From the NCBI GenBank assembly GCA_951406725.2, contig OX597822.1, positions 19,592,001 through 19,656,000 of the forward strand: a stretch of 64,000 nucleotides of DNA, given 5' to 3'. The notes below the pieces were generated by a model. That model saw only the letters and a list, made by a program, of their open reading frames with translations. It did not search any database and was not told the DNA's origin. Below are positions 36,705 to 48,929 of the stretch, in pieces. How positions within the stretch are numbered: the stretch's first letter is position 1; the number at the start of each line of letters is the position of its first letter. The translations under genes and the position numbers were made by a program. The DNA is from Octopus vulgaris. Taxonomy: Eukaryota.

Positions 36705-38480
36705 TTGGCAAGTCTTATAAGTGTTGGTAGCTACAGCAAAGTAAAGAAAGACCCAACTCTGAAAACAGAGAGGAAGTTGTCACAGATCTTGATCAAGAAT
36801 AGGGAACACTTTACACCAATAAAGTACAAACAACTAACTCAACACTACAGTAAACTACCACACATGTACAGTCTCCCTAAAATTCACAAAGTTGGTATTG
36901 CATTAAGACCTATAGTGAGCTGTAGAGGTTCAGCATGTCATCAACTAAGCTGCTTCCTTGTGGAAATAATCAGTCCATTAGCAGGAAAGTCAACATCATA
37001 TGTGAAGAATTCCACCCATTTCACAGAATTGACCAAGGATAACCCCCATTGAATTCAACGAGATGGTGAGTCTAGATGTGATAAGTCTGTTCACCAAAGT
37101 CCCGACTGGTGAAGCACTATCGGTGATTCAAGAAAAACTAGTGACAGACACCTATCTAAAAGAATGCACTGGTATACCAATAAGAAACTTGATGGAAATG
37201 TTGACCTTCTGTGTAGAAACTACCTACTTCAGTATGGACACTGATATATATCGACAAGAAGAGGGTTTAGCTATGGGTTCACCATTGTCACCAATAATAG
37301 CCAATATATACATGGAATTCTTTAAGAATTTGGCTTTAGGATCAACACCACTAAAACCAATCCTGTGGCTGCAATATGTTGATGACACCTTCATACTCTG
37401 GCCCCACCAGGAAGATGTCCAAGTGCTGTTAGATCATGTGAACTCAATAAAGCCATCCATACAGTTCACAATGGAAAAGGAAAAAGGCAATCAGCTAGCA
37501 TTCCTGGATGTATTAATAACACGCACCAAGTATGGATTCAGGACATCCATATACTGCTAGCTGACCTTCACTTCAATTCCCACCATCTGTACAGTGTAAA
37601 GAGAGGAATTGTTCAGTGCCTAAAACATTGAGCAAAGAATATAAACAGCGATCGTGATACCCACCATGAAGAAATTATCAAGCTCAGTAACAATCTATTA
37701 AGCAACAACTACCCCAAAACATACTATCTACTCGAATTATGTAGAAAAGAGAGGATGAAACCAATAAACTCTCTACAGTTTGTTTACCCTGTGTGAAAGG
37801 TCTCTCCGAAAAGATACAAAAGATATGCGGCCCATATGACAGGACAGTATTCAAGAGTAATACAACACTTCGCAAATATCTCCTTCAGGTAAAACCACCA
37901 ATAGAAGAGAATATGACCAAAAACTGTACTCCATCCCAAGGCAGCTGTGGTAGGTTATGCAAAGGTGAAACATGCCACCCTATCAAAATATGGGTAGAGG
38001 AACATCGCAAAGCTGTGACATGAGGAGATATTGATAAATCGGGTATAGCTGATCATGTATGGAAAAATGGAGATCATCTCCCCCTGTGGGATGAAGTTAA
38101 AATAATGGACAGAGAGCACCACTGGAAAATATGAAAACTAAAAGAAGCAGCACATATGCTAGGACACAACAACCTCCTAAGGAGAGCGAGTGCACATATG
38201 AAAAGCATATAGGAACCGGTATTAAGGAAGGATAGGAAAATATTTGATTTATAAGCCCTAAAAATTCACTCCATAATTGCTCATGGGCATATGGCATAGT
38301 GGTTAAGAGCGTGGGCTACTAACCCCAAGATTCCAAGTTCGATTCCAGGCAGTGACTTGAGATGACGACGACGAAGAAGAAGGCTGGAGGGTATATCAGC
38401 CGATACGTTGTGTTAACAACAAACAAGATGAGGACAAATATTCGTCAAATGTGAATAATGGTAATAATAATAATAATAAT
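36705..38480 (+). mobile_element. Penelope-like element, decayed RT plus GIY-YIG
   Basis: YSLPKIHK, LRPIVS, SLDVISLFTKVP, GLAMGSPLSP, YVDD, FLDVLI; CGRLCKGET..EHRK endonuclease remnant; several stops/frameshifts. Confidence 0.92.
38284..38358 (+). mobile_element. Short tRNA-like SINE nested in the Penelope 3' region
   Basis: tggcatagtggttaaga A-box, stem gggctactaacccc, gttcgattcc B-box; no clean acceptor stem. Confidence 0.55.
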
Positions 38481-38780
38481 AATAAGACCTGTATTTGTTT
38501 TGATATTAAAATTGAAAAAATTGACCTTATTTGTAAAACAATTGGGCCTGAGTTTGCACTCTCTAAGCAAATTTTGTTCCTGGCTTTAAAGCTTCCAATG
38601 TGTATATTCAGAGTGTGTGTCTAAAGTGTTAGTTTGTTTACATCCCTGTAGCTTGGCAGTTTAACAAAAAGAGACTGGTTTAAGTACCAGGTTTAAAAAA
38701 ATATAAATACTGAAGTCAATTCATTTGACTTCAAGGTGGTGTCCCAGCATGGCCACAGTCTAATGATTGAAACAGATAAA

Positions 38781-38834
<54 letters not shown>

Positions 38835-40622
38835 GATGAAGTTAATGGTCTACCAAATTTATAAAGATTTTTAATAACTTATCTCACTCCTTTAGAAATA
38901 TATTATTTGATTTTTAAAAAACTTATATTTTAAGCAACTGGCGCAAAAAATCTGGGAAAAGCAATAACAATTCGCAGCCATTTGGAAAACTATATAATTC
39001 TCAGAGAAAAGGTATTTACCTGAATTTTATTATTCTGCTATTGGTTCCCTTTTCCCCTCCTATCAACACCTGGTATATTCCTACCTCCCTTTCTATTACT
39101 CGAAGACTTGATCAAAGGGGCTCTTTTTGCCTTGGTGATTTCACTAGTCACATGAAAGAAAGCACTGATACATTCTGTAAAGTGGTTGGCGTTAGGAAGG
39201 GCATCTGGCCATAGAAACCATACCAAAGCCAGTATTGGAGCTCGATGTAGACCTCTGGCTTGTCAGATCCTGTTGAACCATCTAACCCATGCCAGTATGG
39301 AAGGACATTAAATAATGAAGACAATGATGATGATGATGACACACACCCAAAAGGTCATCTACCTAATTTCCTTTGCAAGGCACTGAGCAACTCATTTGCC
39401 CTAGGATAGAATCTGGAAGTGATTGCAAAGTGAATTTCTTAATCGTGCAGCCATACCTAGACTTATTTCTTTCTTTGTGTAAGGAAGTCATCATCATAAC
39501 CATCACCATCATGCTGATCATCATTATTGTTTTAAAGTCTATTTTCCTTGATAGCTTTGAATGGATGGCTGTGCAGTGTTATATATTGCCATACTTCTCA
39601 ATTCTGTGACATATTTGTCTATAAGTTTGAATGTTCTTTGACTAGAAGTTGCTTTATCTCTTTTGCCAAGAAAAGGATAATAATAAGGACTAATAATAAA
39701 GACAAGCTTTATAAATTAAAAGTGATATTGTCTAGGGCATCAAGGCATAGAAACCAAACCAAATCAGACTAGAACCTGGTGCTGCTCTCTGACTTGCCAG
39801 CATGGAAAACAAACATTAAAGGTTGATGATGATGATAATGCTGATCATGATAATGATATATTACCACTGCTTGAAACTGTCAGTCATCCCCTACTCACCT
39901 CTTCCTTCCTGTTCTTGTCTAGCATTGCTCATCCACCATTCACTACATCTGCCTTTCAACACTACTGAATTTTTACAGTGGTTACCTACCTCCCTTCATC
40001 TGTTCCTTGTCTCTTATCCCCCATCACTCTTTTGCAGCCTCCATGCACCTATACTCCTGGCCCCTTTCACTCCCCTCATTTCTACCCACCTTGTACTTTT
40101 CAAGGTTCACCTCATCACCACTTTTTTATCTCTTCCTTGCTCCATCACAATCACCCCCACCCTCTCTTCTGAAATGTGAGTAGCCATGTAGCTCCTCTAC
40201 AGCCTCAAACCTGCTCTGCTTTAGCCCTTGCTCTTATACTTTTACTCTTCATCTCCTAGCATAAAGCTACCCACTTTGGATTCATAGTCCTGCAAGCTGA
40301 TTGATGATCTCACTTGTACTAGTGGCACAAAAAAAAAAAGAACCCAGTACATGTAAAGTAGTTGGTGTTAGGAAGGGCAGTCATCTGTAGAAACCATGCT
40401 ATAGTAGACACTGGAGCATGATGCAGTCCTTGGGTTCCAACAGATCCTGTCAAACTATCCAACCCAGCTTGAAAGTGGAATGTGGATGTTAAATGAGATG
40501 ATGATATAATTTTTGATTTGTATGTCTTTCCCTACATTTGTGTTGCCAACAACCAAAAGAAGTTTGTGTTGTTACTCTGACTCTAATATCTACATATCTC
40601 TGCTAATTTCTTTCTTCTCCAG

Positions 40623-40692
40623 CTGATAGATCTGGCGAATCAAGTGATGGCGGTCTTTCAGATTGTTCTTCATCTTCATATTATAGAATCAG
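40623..40692 (+). CDS. CCDC61: CCDC61 exon (SGESSDGGLSDCSSSSYYRI); start at 40623 or 40630
   Basis: Strong pyrimidine tract, tandem AGs, GTAAGA donor; Ser-rich frame ends in phase 2, matching the next exon. Confidence 0.75.
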
Positions 40693-40789
40693 GTAAGATT
40701 CATTTTGTTTTCGTGTACGTAATTCTTCTAAGGAAATATTCACAGGATTATACAGAAAATGTATGTGCATGCTTGTGTTTGTATGTGTG

Positions 40790-40867
<78 letters not shown>

Positions 40868-42182
40868 ACCAGTGCTTAGAACTCCATGTAAATCCATGTA
40901 TATCAAGATTCCAATCAAGTCTTAAGCATAGTTTGTCCTCCAGTTCTCTTTTGGTGTTATATACATCGAATAATTTACAGAGTGTATATCCAAGAGTAGA
41001 ATAAAATAAGAGATTTAGTTTGTATTTTTATCATGCCATTATAAATTATATAATCTTTATGTGTTTCACTAATAAATACTGGTATGCTCTGTGGTAATTG
41101 TTATATAGATGATTACATAATCTCATTGATACACCATATCTTCAGAAGAAAATAATAATTTAAACGATTGTTATGTACTATTTTCTGAATCTGGTGTTTG
41201 AATTGTTTACATAATGATTATCACATAACATACAAGTATTCACTAGTGAAACACATGTAAATATTATACAATTTATGACGTTATGATAAATAAAAAAATC
41301 TCCTGTTTCTTTTTGCTCTCAAATAATATGTTAATTTTGGATAAAATATCCCTTTCCAAGAAAAAGAAATATTTTGAATAGCATAGTCTGTTGGTTCTTG
41401 ATGCAGAAACGGCGAGTTAAGACACAGAACCAGTATGCCAAGCTAAGAAACATATTTCTCTCTTTAAACTTTTGAAAAAAAGTAATTTACCCAAAATATC
41501 AAGACCAATTAAATATCCCTAGGGTTTGGCATGCTGGGTGAAATGCTTAGCAGTATTTTGTCTGCCACTATGCTCTGAGTTCAAATTCCGCTGAGGTTGA
41601 CTTTGCCTTTCATCCTTTTGGAGTCGATAAATTAAGTACCAGTGAAACATTGGGCTCGATGTAATTGGCTAGAACCTTCCCCACAAATTTCAGGCCTTGT
41701 GCCTATAATAGAAAGGATTATCATTATAGATATTTAATGTTTGATCAGTATGCTATTGTCCTCTATAACATTCTGATGTGTTTCCCTCTCTACCCGTCTT
41801 CCCCTCTAAATATATTTTGTACCAAAAGGGCATGTGAAGATAGAGCTTTGTGTACTCTTAGTGTACTTCTTACCAACAGGCAGTCAAACTTCATTTAAAC
41901 AACACACTAGTATCTTATGTAAAGTTCCATTAATACAGTATCCAATTGCTTGGCACTTTTTGTTGCTCTTTATTAGATTTGTTTCCTGCTGTCAGTTTGT
42001 ATTATACATGAGACATGTTTTTTTCTAAGATTTCATTGTTCAGAGTTAGGTTTGCACATCATGCATGCTTATTATATGCAGATAAATATGGGATAGGTGG
42101 ATAGACAGAGAGAAGGACAGATAGACAGATGTGTGTGTAAAAAGGAGTATTTTACCCTAAATATCAAGAACAATTATATATA

Positions 42183-42510
42183 TCATCATCGTCATCATTT
42201 AACATTCATTGTCCATGCTGGCATGGGTTGGATGGTCTGACTGGATTGGATGATCTGACTAGGCTGGCATGCTGGCTGGCTGCCCCAGATTCCAATCTGA
42301 TTTGGCATTGTTTTCTATGGCTGACTGCCCTTCCTAATGCTAACCACTCTGAGAGTGTAATGGGTGCTTTTTTGTGCCACCAGCATGGGTGCCATTTGTG
42401 TGACATCAGAGTGTGTTTGTGTGAGACTTTGCTTGGATTGATGGGTCTTCTTCTCAAGCACTACATAATGCCAAAGGTCTTGGTCATTGTCTCCGTGAGG
42501 CCCAACACTC
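42183..42510 (-). mobile_element. Older RTE family A 3' fragment
   Basis: DQDLWHYVVLEKKT C-terminus plus 3' UTR and (GAT)n. Confidence 0.75.
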
Positions 42511-42536
42511 GAAAGGAACTCACCCACTTTGCCTCC

Positions 42537-42686
42537 AAGCCTTCAGTTCAATGTTAAATTGTTTTTATACATAATTTAACATAAGAATAAGCATTTACAT
42601 ACATACATGCATGCTTGTATGTATGTAAATGCTTATTCTTATGTCAAGTTATGTATAAAAACAATTTAACATTGAACTGAAGGCTT
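42537..42686. repeat. Near-perfect 150-bp palindrome
   Basis: aagccttcagttcaatgttaaattg...caatttaacattgaactgaaggctt, arms about 70 bp, very short centre. Confidence 0.9.
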
Positions 42687-43081
42687 ATTCAATACTTTTT
42701 AGTACAGTACATACTTATTGTCTTTTACTAGAAAAAGGTTGACAGTAATTTCAATATTTTGGCTTGCTTTCCTTCATTAGACTGAAGAAGGCAAGCAAGC
42801 TGAAACTTTGAAATCCCTGTCATCTGTTTCCTTGTAGAAGTTAATATACGTTGTAAGAATAAAAAATGGGGTGAAATTACATGATCTGGCTGTTTTGGTG
42901 ACCACAACAGATGGTTCTCATCTATCAACAATATAAATGAGTGGTTTTATGCATCACTAGTCCAATTGAGAGATTTTCTCAAGGTAAATAATACAGTATT
43001 GTGTCCTAACATAACATCCAAGTTGGAGATAAAGATTGCCTTTTTGTATTAATACTGTTTCTGTCACTATATATGTATATA

Positions 43082-43139
<58 letters not shown>

Positions 43140-43140
<1 letters not shown>

Positions 43141-43762
43141 ATAATAAGGGTAAATAATTTCTATAGAGGTTTTTAAAAAAACCACAATTATTTACTGGTA
43201 GAATTCGGTATGTAAATATAGCCGATTACCGGCAGGAACTTCTGTAAAGTTCAGTATATATATTGTATATAAGAAAAAGGGACAGGCAACAGGTTGCTTG
43301 ACCGCATACCGAAAAAATAGAAATAGCAGTCAAGAATGCTTATTTCTATCAAAGTGGGACTCCGGGCACGACAAACCCTGTAATTCACATATGCAAAACA
43401 GAAGGAATAGATATCGAAAACGAAGTCTGGTGGTTATCTGTGAACATCATGTTTCTGGATTATAAACATATTGAATATATATTTCATATATATTTTTGAT
43501 ATATATTTCATATACATTGCATATATATTTCACATCCTTCTTCAGCACAGCTTTCCATTGAAATAGATTTATCATAGATTTATCAAATGCTACGTACCTC
43601 AAACCTTCTGACCATGCGACATCAAAATATTTGAAGAAAGCGAGCAAAGGCTAAACCTACATAGACGTTTGAATTCGTAAATCTTCCCTCCAAAATTTTG
43701 CCATGCGCACTACAAAAATAGTTCCATAGGAGTAGGAACTATTGGGTTGCCTGTCCCTTTTT

Positions 43763-43770
<8 letters not shown>
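43140..43770 (-). mobile_element. Non-autonomous Penelope-like element with hammerhead motif
   Basis: about 43267-43290 is inverted at 43747-43770; terminal TTACCCTTAT; (TA)n on both flanks. Confidence 0.65.
43438..43550 (-). ncRNA. Type I hammerhead motif (A-A mismatch at base of stem II)
   Basis: CUGUG-CUGAAGA-A-GGAU-[73 nt]-AUCC-A-GAAAC-AUGAU-GUU-CACAG. Confidence 0.6.
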
Positions 43771-43800
<30 letters not shown>

Positions 43801-44229
43801 CATTGTTATCAAAAGACTGCACACACACACACGACTCTGTACATATTTGATTACATATGCAGTGGATGATCTTTTAGTCTCAGTATATCTATTTGTAAAT
43901 ATAACTTGCAAAAATCTCTGTTTTCAGAACCAGGCAACTGAGATCCTTTTGGGTAACAAAAACATATTTGGAATAAGTATTTTTATGCACTTGATTTGAG
44001 TTAAAGAGAAATATGTCATATTTTGATATTTATACCTCTTCAAATTCTGCTGAGGTCGATTTTGTCTTTCATCCTTTTGGCGTCAATAAATTAAGTACCA
44101 ATTGCATGCTGGGATTAATCTAATTGACTGGCCCTCTCCCCCAAAATTTTGGGCCTTGTACCTAGTGTAGGAAAAAATATTTATACCTCTTGTTTCTTTA
44201 AACTATTACAAATTTAATTTATTCTTCAG

Positions 44230-44275
44230 GCACAGACCCTCTGCAAAATATGTCCATGCTCATTGCCCCAAGGAA
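44230..44275 (+). CDS. CCDC61: CCDC61 small exon (RHRPSAKYVHAHCPKE)
   Basis: ttcttcag acceptor, GTAAGT donor, phases 2/0 fit. Confidence 0.72.
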
Positions 44276-45459
44276 GTAAGTAAATATTTTCAAATTTTCA
44301 TTAAAAATACTGATAACCCTGAAGACACACAAACAAGACTCACATTGGAGTATTGCTCTAAAGTAGTCATGGGGAAAAGCAGTCCCCATTACTTTCCAAA
44401 TGGCATGCCTAGCAATAAATTACACTGAGTTTTTTAGCCTGATGATGGACCATGTCTCATGTGGCCCACTTCTCCAAAGAAAAAAAAAAGGATTACCCAT
44501 GCCTGCACTGCAGTAAAGGGCATTATTGTTTCTACTGCACACAGACACTCTATACCAGTCAACAGACTGGCAAAGATTCAGTGATCAACATGCTTTAAAC
44601 CTTTAGCTTTCAAATTACCTTTTCAAATGCAATGCTTATTCATTCATATTATTTTCAATTAATCATGCATTATCTTGAAACTTCAAGAATATGATGATGT
44701 GATTGTTTATCTTTAAAATAACAATTGGAAAGATATGGCCTCTTACACCATATCTGGCCAATTTGAATATAAAACAAGTAGAATATTTGGGCCAGAGGTA
44801 GCTAATTTAAATGCTAAAGAGTTAAACACTGATTCATAGATGCATGTTTATCTGTCACTTCTGTTGTTACTATAGTAACCTATGTATTCTGACCTTGTGA
44901 GCTCCATACCTTCTCCACCTAAGCCTATTTTACCCACTTATCTTTTCTTCAATTGTTGTCTACATAGAGGAATCATTGAGTAATCATTTTATTACCATAG
45001 TCCAGTCAAATTAATAAGTTCATTCATATTGCTTACACTGCATTTTTGCTGATTACTGTTATTCAATATTTGCACTTTAAAGTGCATTATGAAGTTGAAA
45101 AAGCAAAAAGCCTCCTTGGCATAATTGACTGATATATTTCACATCCTAACAGATGGAGAGTTCATTCCAATTGAGTGGTAGCATATACATCTTAGATTTT
45201 GTTCTAAAAATAGCTAAAAGTTGATTTTTTGATCTTACTGGACAAAGGATAGGCATAGTTCAGAAGAACTAGGTTATGTTACTATTCCACTCTTTTGGTA
45301 GTGCCGATTAACTTTTTACAAGTCTGCCACTACTTTCCATCTTATTCACTATGTCCATAACACATTCTTCTATGTCCTTATTCAACCCACTTGGCCAAAC
45401 TGATTAGTTATTTATGCTTACAAGTCTGCCCCTACTATTTTTACTATGTGTGTGTGTGT

Positions 45460-46127
45460 GAATTCTGCCATAATCCTTGCCTTCAGTTCATCTTTGGTGT
45501 TACAAGGAGTTTTGTTGGTCTCTTGCTCAACTGCACCCCACACAATAATCAGTGGGGTTGCAAGTCTGGGGAGTTAGGTGGCCAGATGTTAGGAGTGATT
45601 GTGTGACAGAAATTGTCTGACAGCCAAAACTTGGTTCTCCTGCTTGTGTGGCATGGTAGAATCCTGTTGACAGACATAGGATCTTCCAGAAGCCACCCTC
45701 TTGACCCAGGACAGCACTACCTCCTCCAGGCATTTGATGTAGGCTTCTGCATTGAGTCTGAAGCTGTGTGGAAAGATGAATGGAGGCATAACATCACCAT
45801 CACTAGTGATCACTCTAAACACCATGATGTTGACTGGATGTTTGGTTTTTATCACTTTCTGTACATGCTTTGGGGACATGGCAAGTCCTTTGATTGACAA
45901 TCAAACACTCTGAAATGTTTGTATTGGAGCTTCCAGCACAAATGCCAAGCAGTACAGTATGTGATTTCCAAATTTCTTGCAGAGTGAACTGTGTGATGAT
46001 GCTGTTTTTCTCAAAGACAGTACCCAACTGACCCTACTATACTGTGTTGTCAACAAAATCAAAAACAAACAATGCATATGCGTGAAATTAAAATACAAAA
46101 TGGCAACAATTTACCCATTGCACCTTG
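45460..46127 (-). mobile_element. Tc1/mariner-superfamily remnant, DD37D (maT)-like
   Basis: KTKHPVNIMVFRVITSDG..YVCQQDSTMPH; terminus TA|CAAGGTGCAATGGG; downstream boundary uncertain. Confidence 0.7.
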
Positions 46128-46141
46128 TATGTATATATATA

Positions 46142-47302
46142 CAGGGGTTGGACAAAATAATGGAAACACCCAGCATCATAGCATCAAAATTTTGAAATAT
46201 CTATAAAACTGTCAAAAGCTTGTTTATTTTTATGTGTTTTGATTTATTATTAGTGTTACTTAATATGTTTTGCTAAGATTGCTGTTTCTTTTTAGATATC
46301 ATCAGAAAAAGGTAATTAAAATTCATTAAAATGACAGATTTATCAGACTTTCAAAGAGGTCAAATTGTTGGTGCTTGTATGACAAAGTAATGACAGCCTT
46401 TGAGAAAGAGGGAAAAAACCTCCTTGTTGAAACAAAACTCTGGAAGAAAGCAAAAACTTTCAGATAGGGACCGTCGGACTCTTATGCAAATTGTTAGAAA
46501 GGATCACAAAGGTACAGCTCCCAAAATTACTACAGAGCTTAATGACCACCTCGAGAACCCAGTTCGCTGGGAGTTGCACAAAGCCGGATTTCATGAGATG
46601 GCTGCAATCAAAAAACCACTACTTTCAAAAACAAACGCTGCAAAGCATTCAGAGTGGAGTAAAAACCTATAGAATTGGTCCCTAGAGCAGTGGGAGAATG
46701 TTATTTTCTCAGACAAGTCATCCATTACCCTATTTATGATCACTGGCTGAGTATATGTGTGAAGACAGTCAAAAGAAGCATTTGACCCAGACTGCCTTCT
46801 TCCAACTGTTAATCATGGAGGAGGATCTGTGATGATCAGGTGGGCTATATCTTGGAAATTCACTGGCCCAATGGTTTTCCTTCATGGCAGAATTAATAGT
46901 CAAGACTATTTAAGCATTTTATCTGATCAAATCCATCCTATGGTTGTGGAACAGTTTCCGGAAGGAAACACAATCTTTCAGGATGATAATGCACCAATTC
47001 ACATAGCTAAAGTTGTTACTGAATGGCACGAGGACCATTCTAGTGGAGTTGAACATCTTATCTGGTCACCACAGTCCCCAAATCTCAATAATATTGAACA
47101 TTTATGGTGCATTTTAGTAAAAGAACTGGAGACAGTTTTAGCTGAAGAATGGACAAAAATTCCTTTGGGACAATTTAAACTTTGTACTAGTCTATACCTC
47201 ATAGAATGCAAGCTGGAATTACTGCCAAACGCAGTCCTACCCCATATTAAAATAAATTTGTTTGAAATTTTAAGGTGTTTCCATTATTTTGTCCAATCAC
47301 TG
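46142..47302 (+). mobile_element. Tc1-like transposon with both TIRs, decayed transposase
   Basis: TIRs caggggttggacaaaataatggaaacacc / ggtgtttccattattttgtccaatcactg; FSD, FQDDNAPIH, SPNLNNIEHLW; TA on the left flank. Confidence 0.92.
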
Positions 47303-47335
47303 TGTATATATATGTATATATATATATATATATAT

Positions 47336-48487
47336 GAGTAAGAATAGCCTGGGCAAAGTTTAGAGAGCTCTTACACCTGCTGGTGACAAAATGCCTCTCG
47401 CTCAAAGTAAAAGGCAGACTGTATGATGCATGTGTACGTACAGCCATGCTACATGGTAGTGAAACTTGGGCTGTAACTGCTGAGGATTTGCGTAAGCTCG
47501 CAAGAAATGAAGCTAGTATGCTCCGATGGATGTGTAATGTCAGTGTTCATAATCGACAGAGTGTAAGTACCTTGAGAGAAAAGTTGGACCTAAGAAGCAT
47601 CAGTTGTTGTGTGCAAGAGAGACGTTTGCGCTGGTATGGTCATGTGACGAGAATGGATGAAGATAGTTGTGTGCGAAAGTGCCACACCCTGGCAGTTGAG
47701 GGGACCTGTGGAAGAGGTAGACCCAGGAAAACCTGGGATGAGGTAGTGAGGCACGACCTTTGAACTTTAGGTCTCACCAAGGAAATGACGAGAGACCGAG
47801 ACCTATGGAAGTATGCTGTGCGTGAGAAGACCCGGCAAGACCAGTGAGAACAGTCAAAATCAAAATCAAACCAAATCAAATCAGATATCAGAAAGCAGAA
47901 CCAAAATTGAGGTTGATCAACATCAGTGGAAATTGCAGCTGTGGTTAAGCAAACCATCCGATCGTGGCCGTTGCCGGAGCCGCCCTGTCTGGCCTCCGTG
48001 CCGGTGGCACGTAAAAGCACCATCCGTTCGTGTCCGTTGCCAGCCTCGCCTGGCCCCCGTGCCGGTGGCACGTATAAGCACCATCCGTTCATGTCCGTTG
48101 CCAGCCTCGCCTGGCCCCCGTGCCGGTGGCACGTAAAAGCACCATTCGTTCGTGTCCATTGCCAGTCTCGCCTGGCCCCCGTGCCAGTGGCACGTAAAAG
48201 CACCATCCGTTCGTGTCCGTTACCAGCTCCGTCTGGCCCCTGTGCCGGCGGCACGTAAAAGCACCATCCGTTCGTGGCCGTTTGCCAGCTCCGTCTGGCA
48301 CCTGTGCGAATGGCACGTAAAAAGCACCCACTACACTCACGGAGTGGTTGGCGTTAGGAAGGGCATCCAGCCGTAGAAACACTGCCAGATCAGACTGGGC
48401 CTGATGCGGCCTTCCGGCTTCACAGACCCCAGTTGAACCGTCCAACCCATGCTAGCATGGAAAGCGGACGCTAAATGATGATGATGA
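47336..48487 (+). mobile_element. RTE family A variant 3' fragment with expanded UTR array
   Basis: ORF 47383-47763; six 61-bp-period units at 47998-48328; (GAT)n tail. Confidence 0.92.
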
Positions 48488-48509
48488 TATATATATATAT
48501 ATATATATA

Positions 48510-48884
48510 CTAGCAGTATCGCCCGGCGTTGCTCAGGTTTGTAAGGGAAATAACTATAAAGCATTTTTAGAGAGTTATAGCCAAAAAATAGCAAAAAAAT
48601 GGAAAAAAAATGATGGTAAATTTTTTTTGAGAGTTAAAAAAGGTGGAGTTGCGTCCCCTAGACGGTCTGTGGTTTGGGTTTATGATTCTCGACCCCATGT
48701 CGAATTTATCGATTTTTTTCAGAACTGGGGGAACTTTTCAAAATTTTCGCTGCGTTAGTTTTGAATTATGACATTGGGCTATGTGTGTGTCAAGTTTCAT
48801 CAGAATCGGTTGAAACCCGTGGTCAGAGTGAGGGTATGAGAAAACAGACACACAGAAAACGCACAGACAAACTGCCGTTTATAT

Positions 48885-48889
<5 letters not shown>
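48510..48889 (-). mobile_element. Non-autonomous Helitron
   Basis: Minus strand A|TCTCTATATAAA ... hairpin CCTGAGCAACGCCGGG ... CTAG|T, no TSD. Confidence 0.85.

Positions 48890-48929
<40 letters not shown>

Noticed and set aside
38284-38358. Functional tRNA gene
   Set aside because: No proper acceptor stem or Pol III terminator; better explained as a tRNA-derived SINE
47998-48328. CRISPR-like regularly spaced repeats
   Set aside because: Intervening sequences are near-identical, the array lies inside a LINE 3' UTR in eukaryotic DNA, and there are no cas genes
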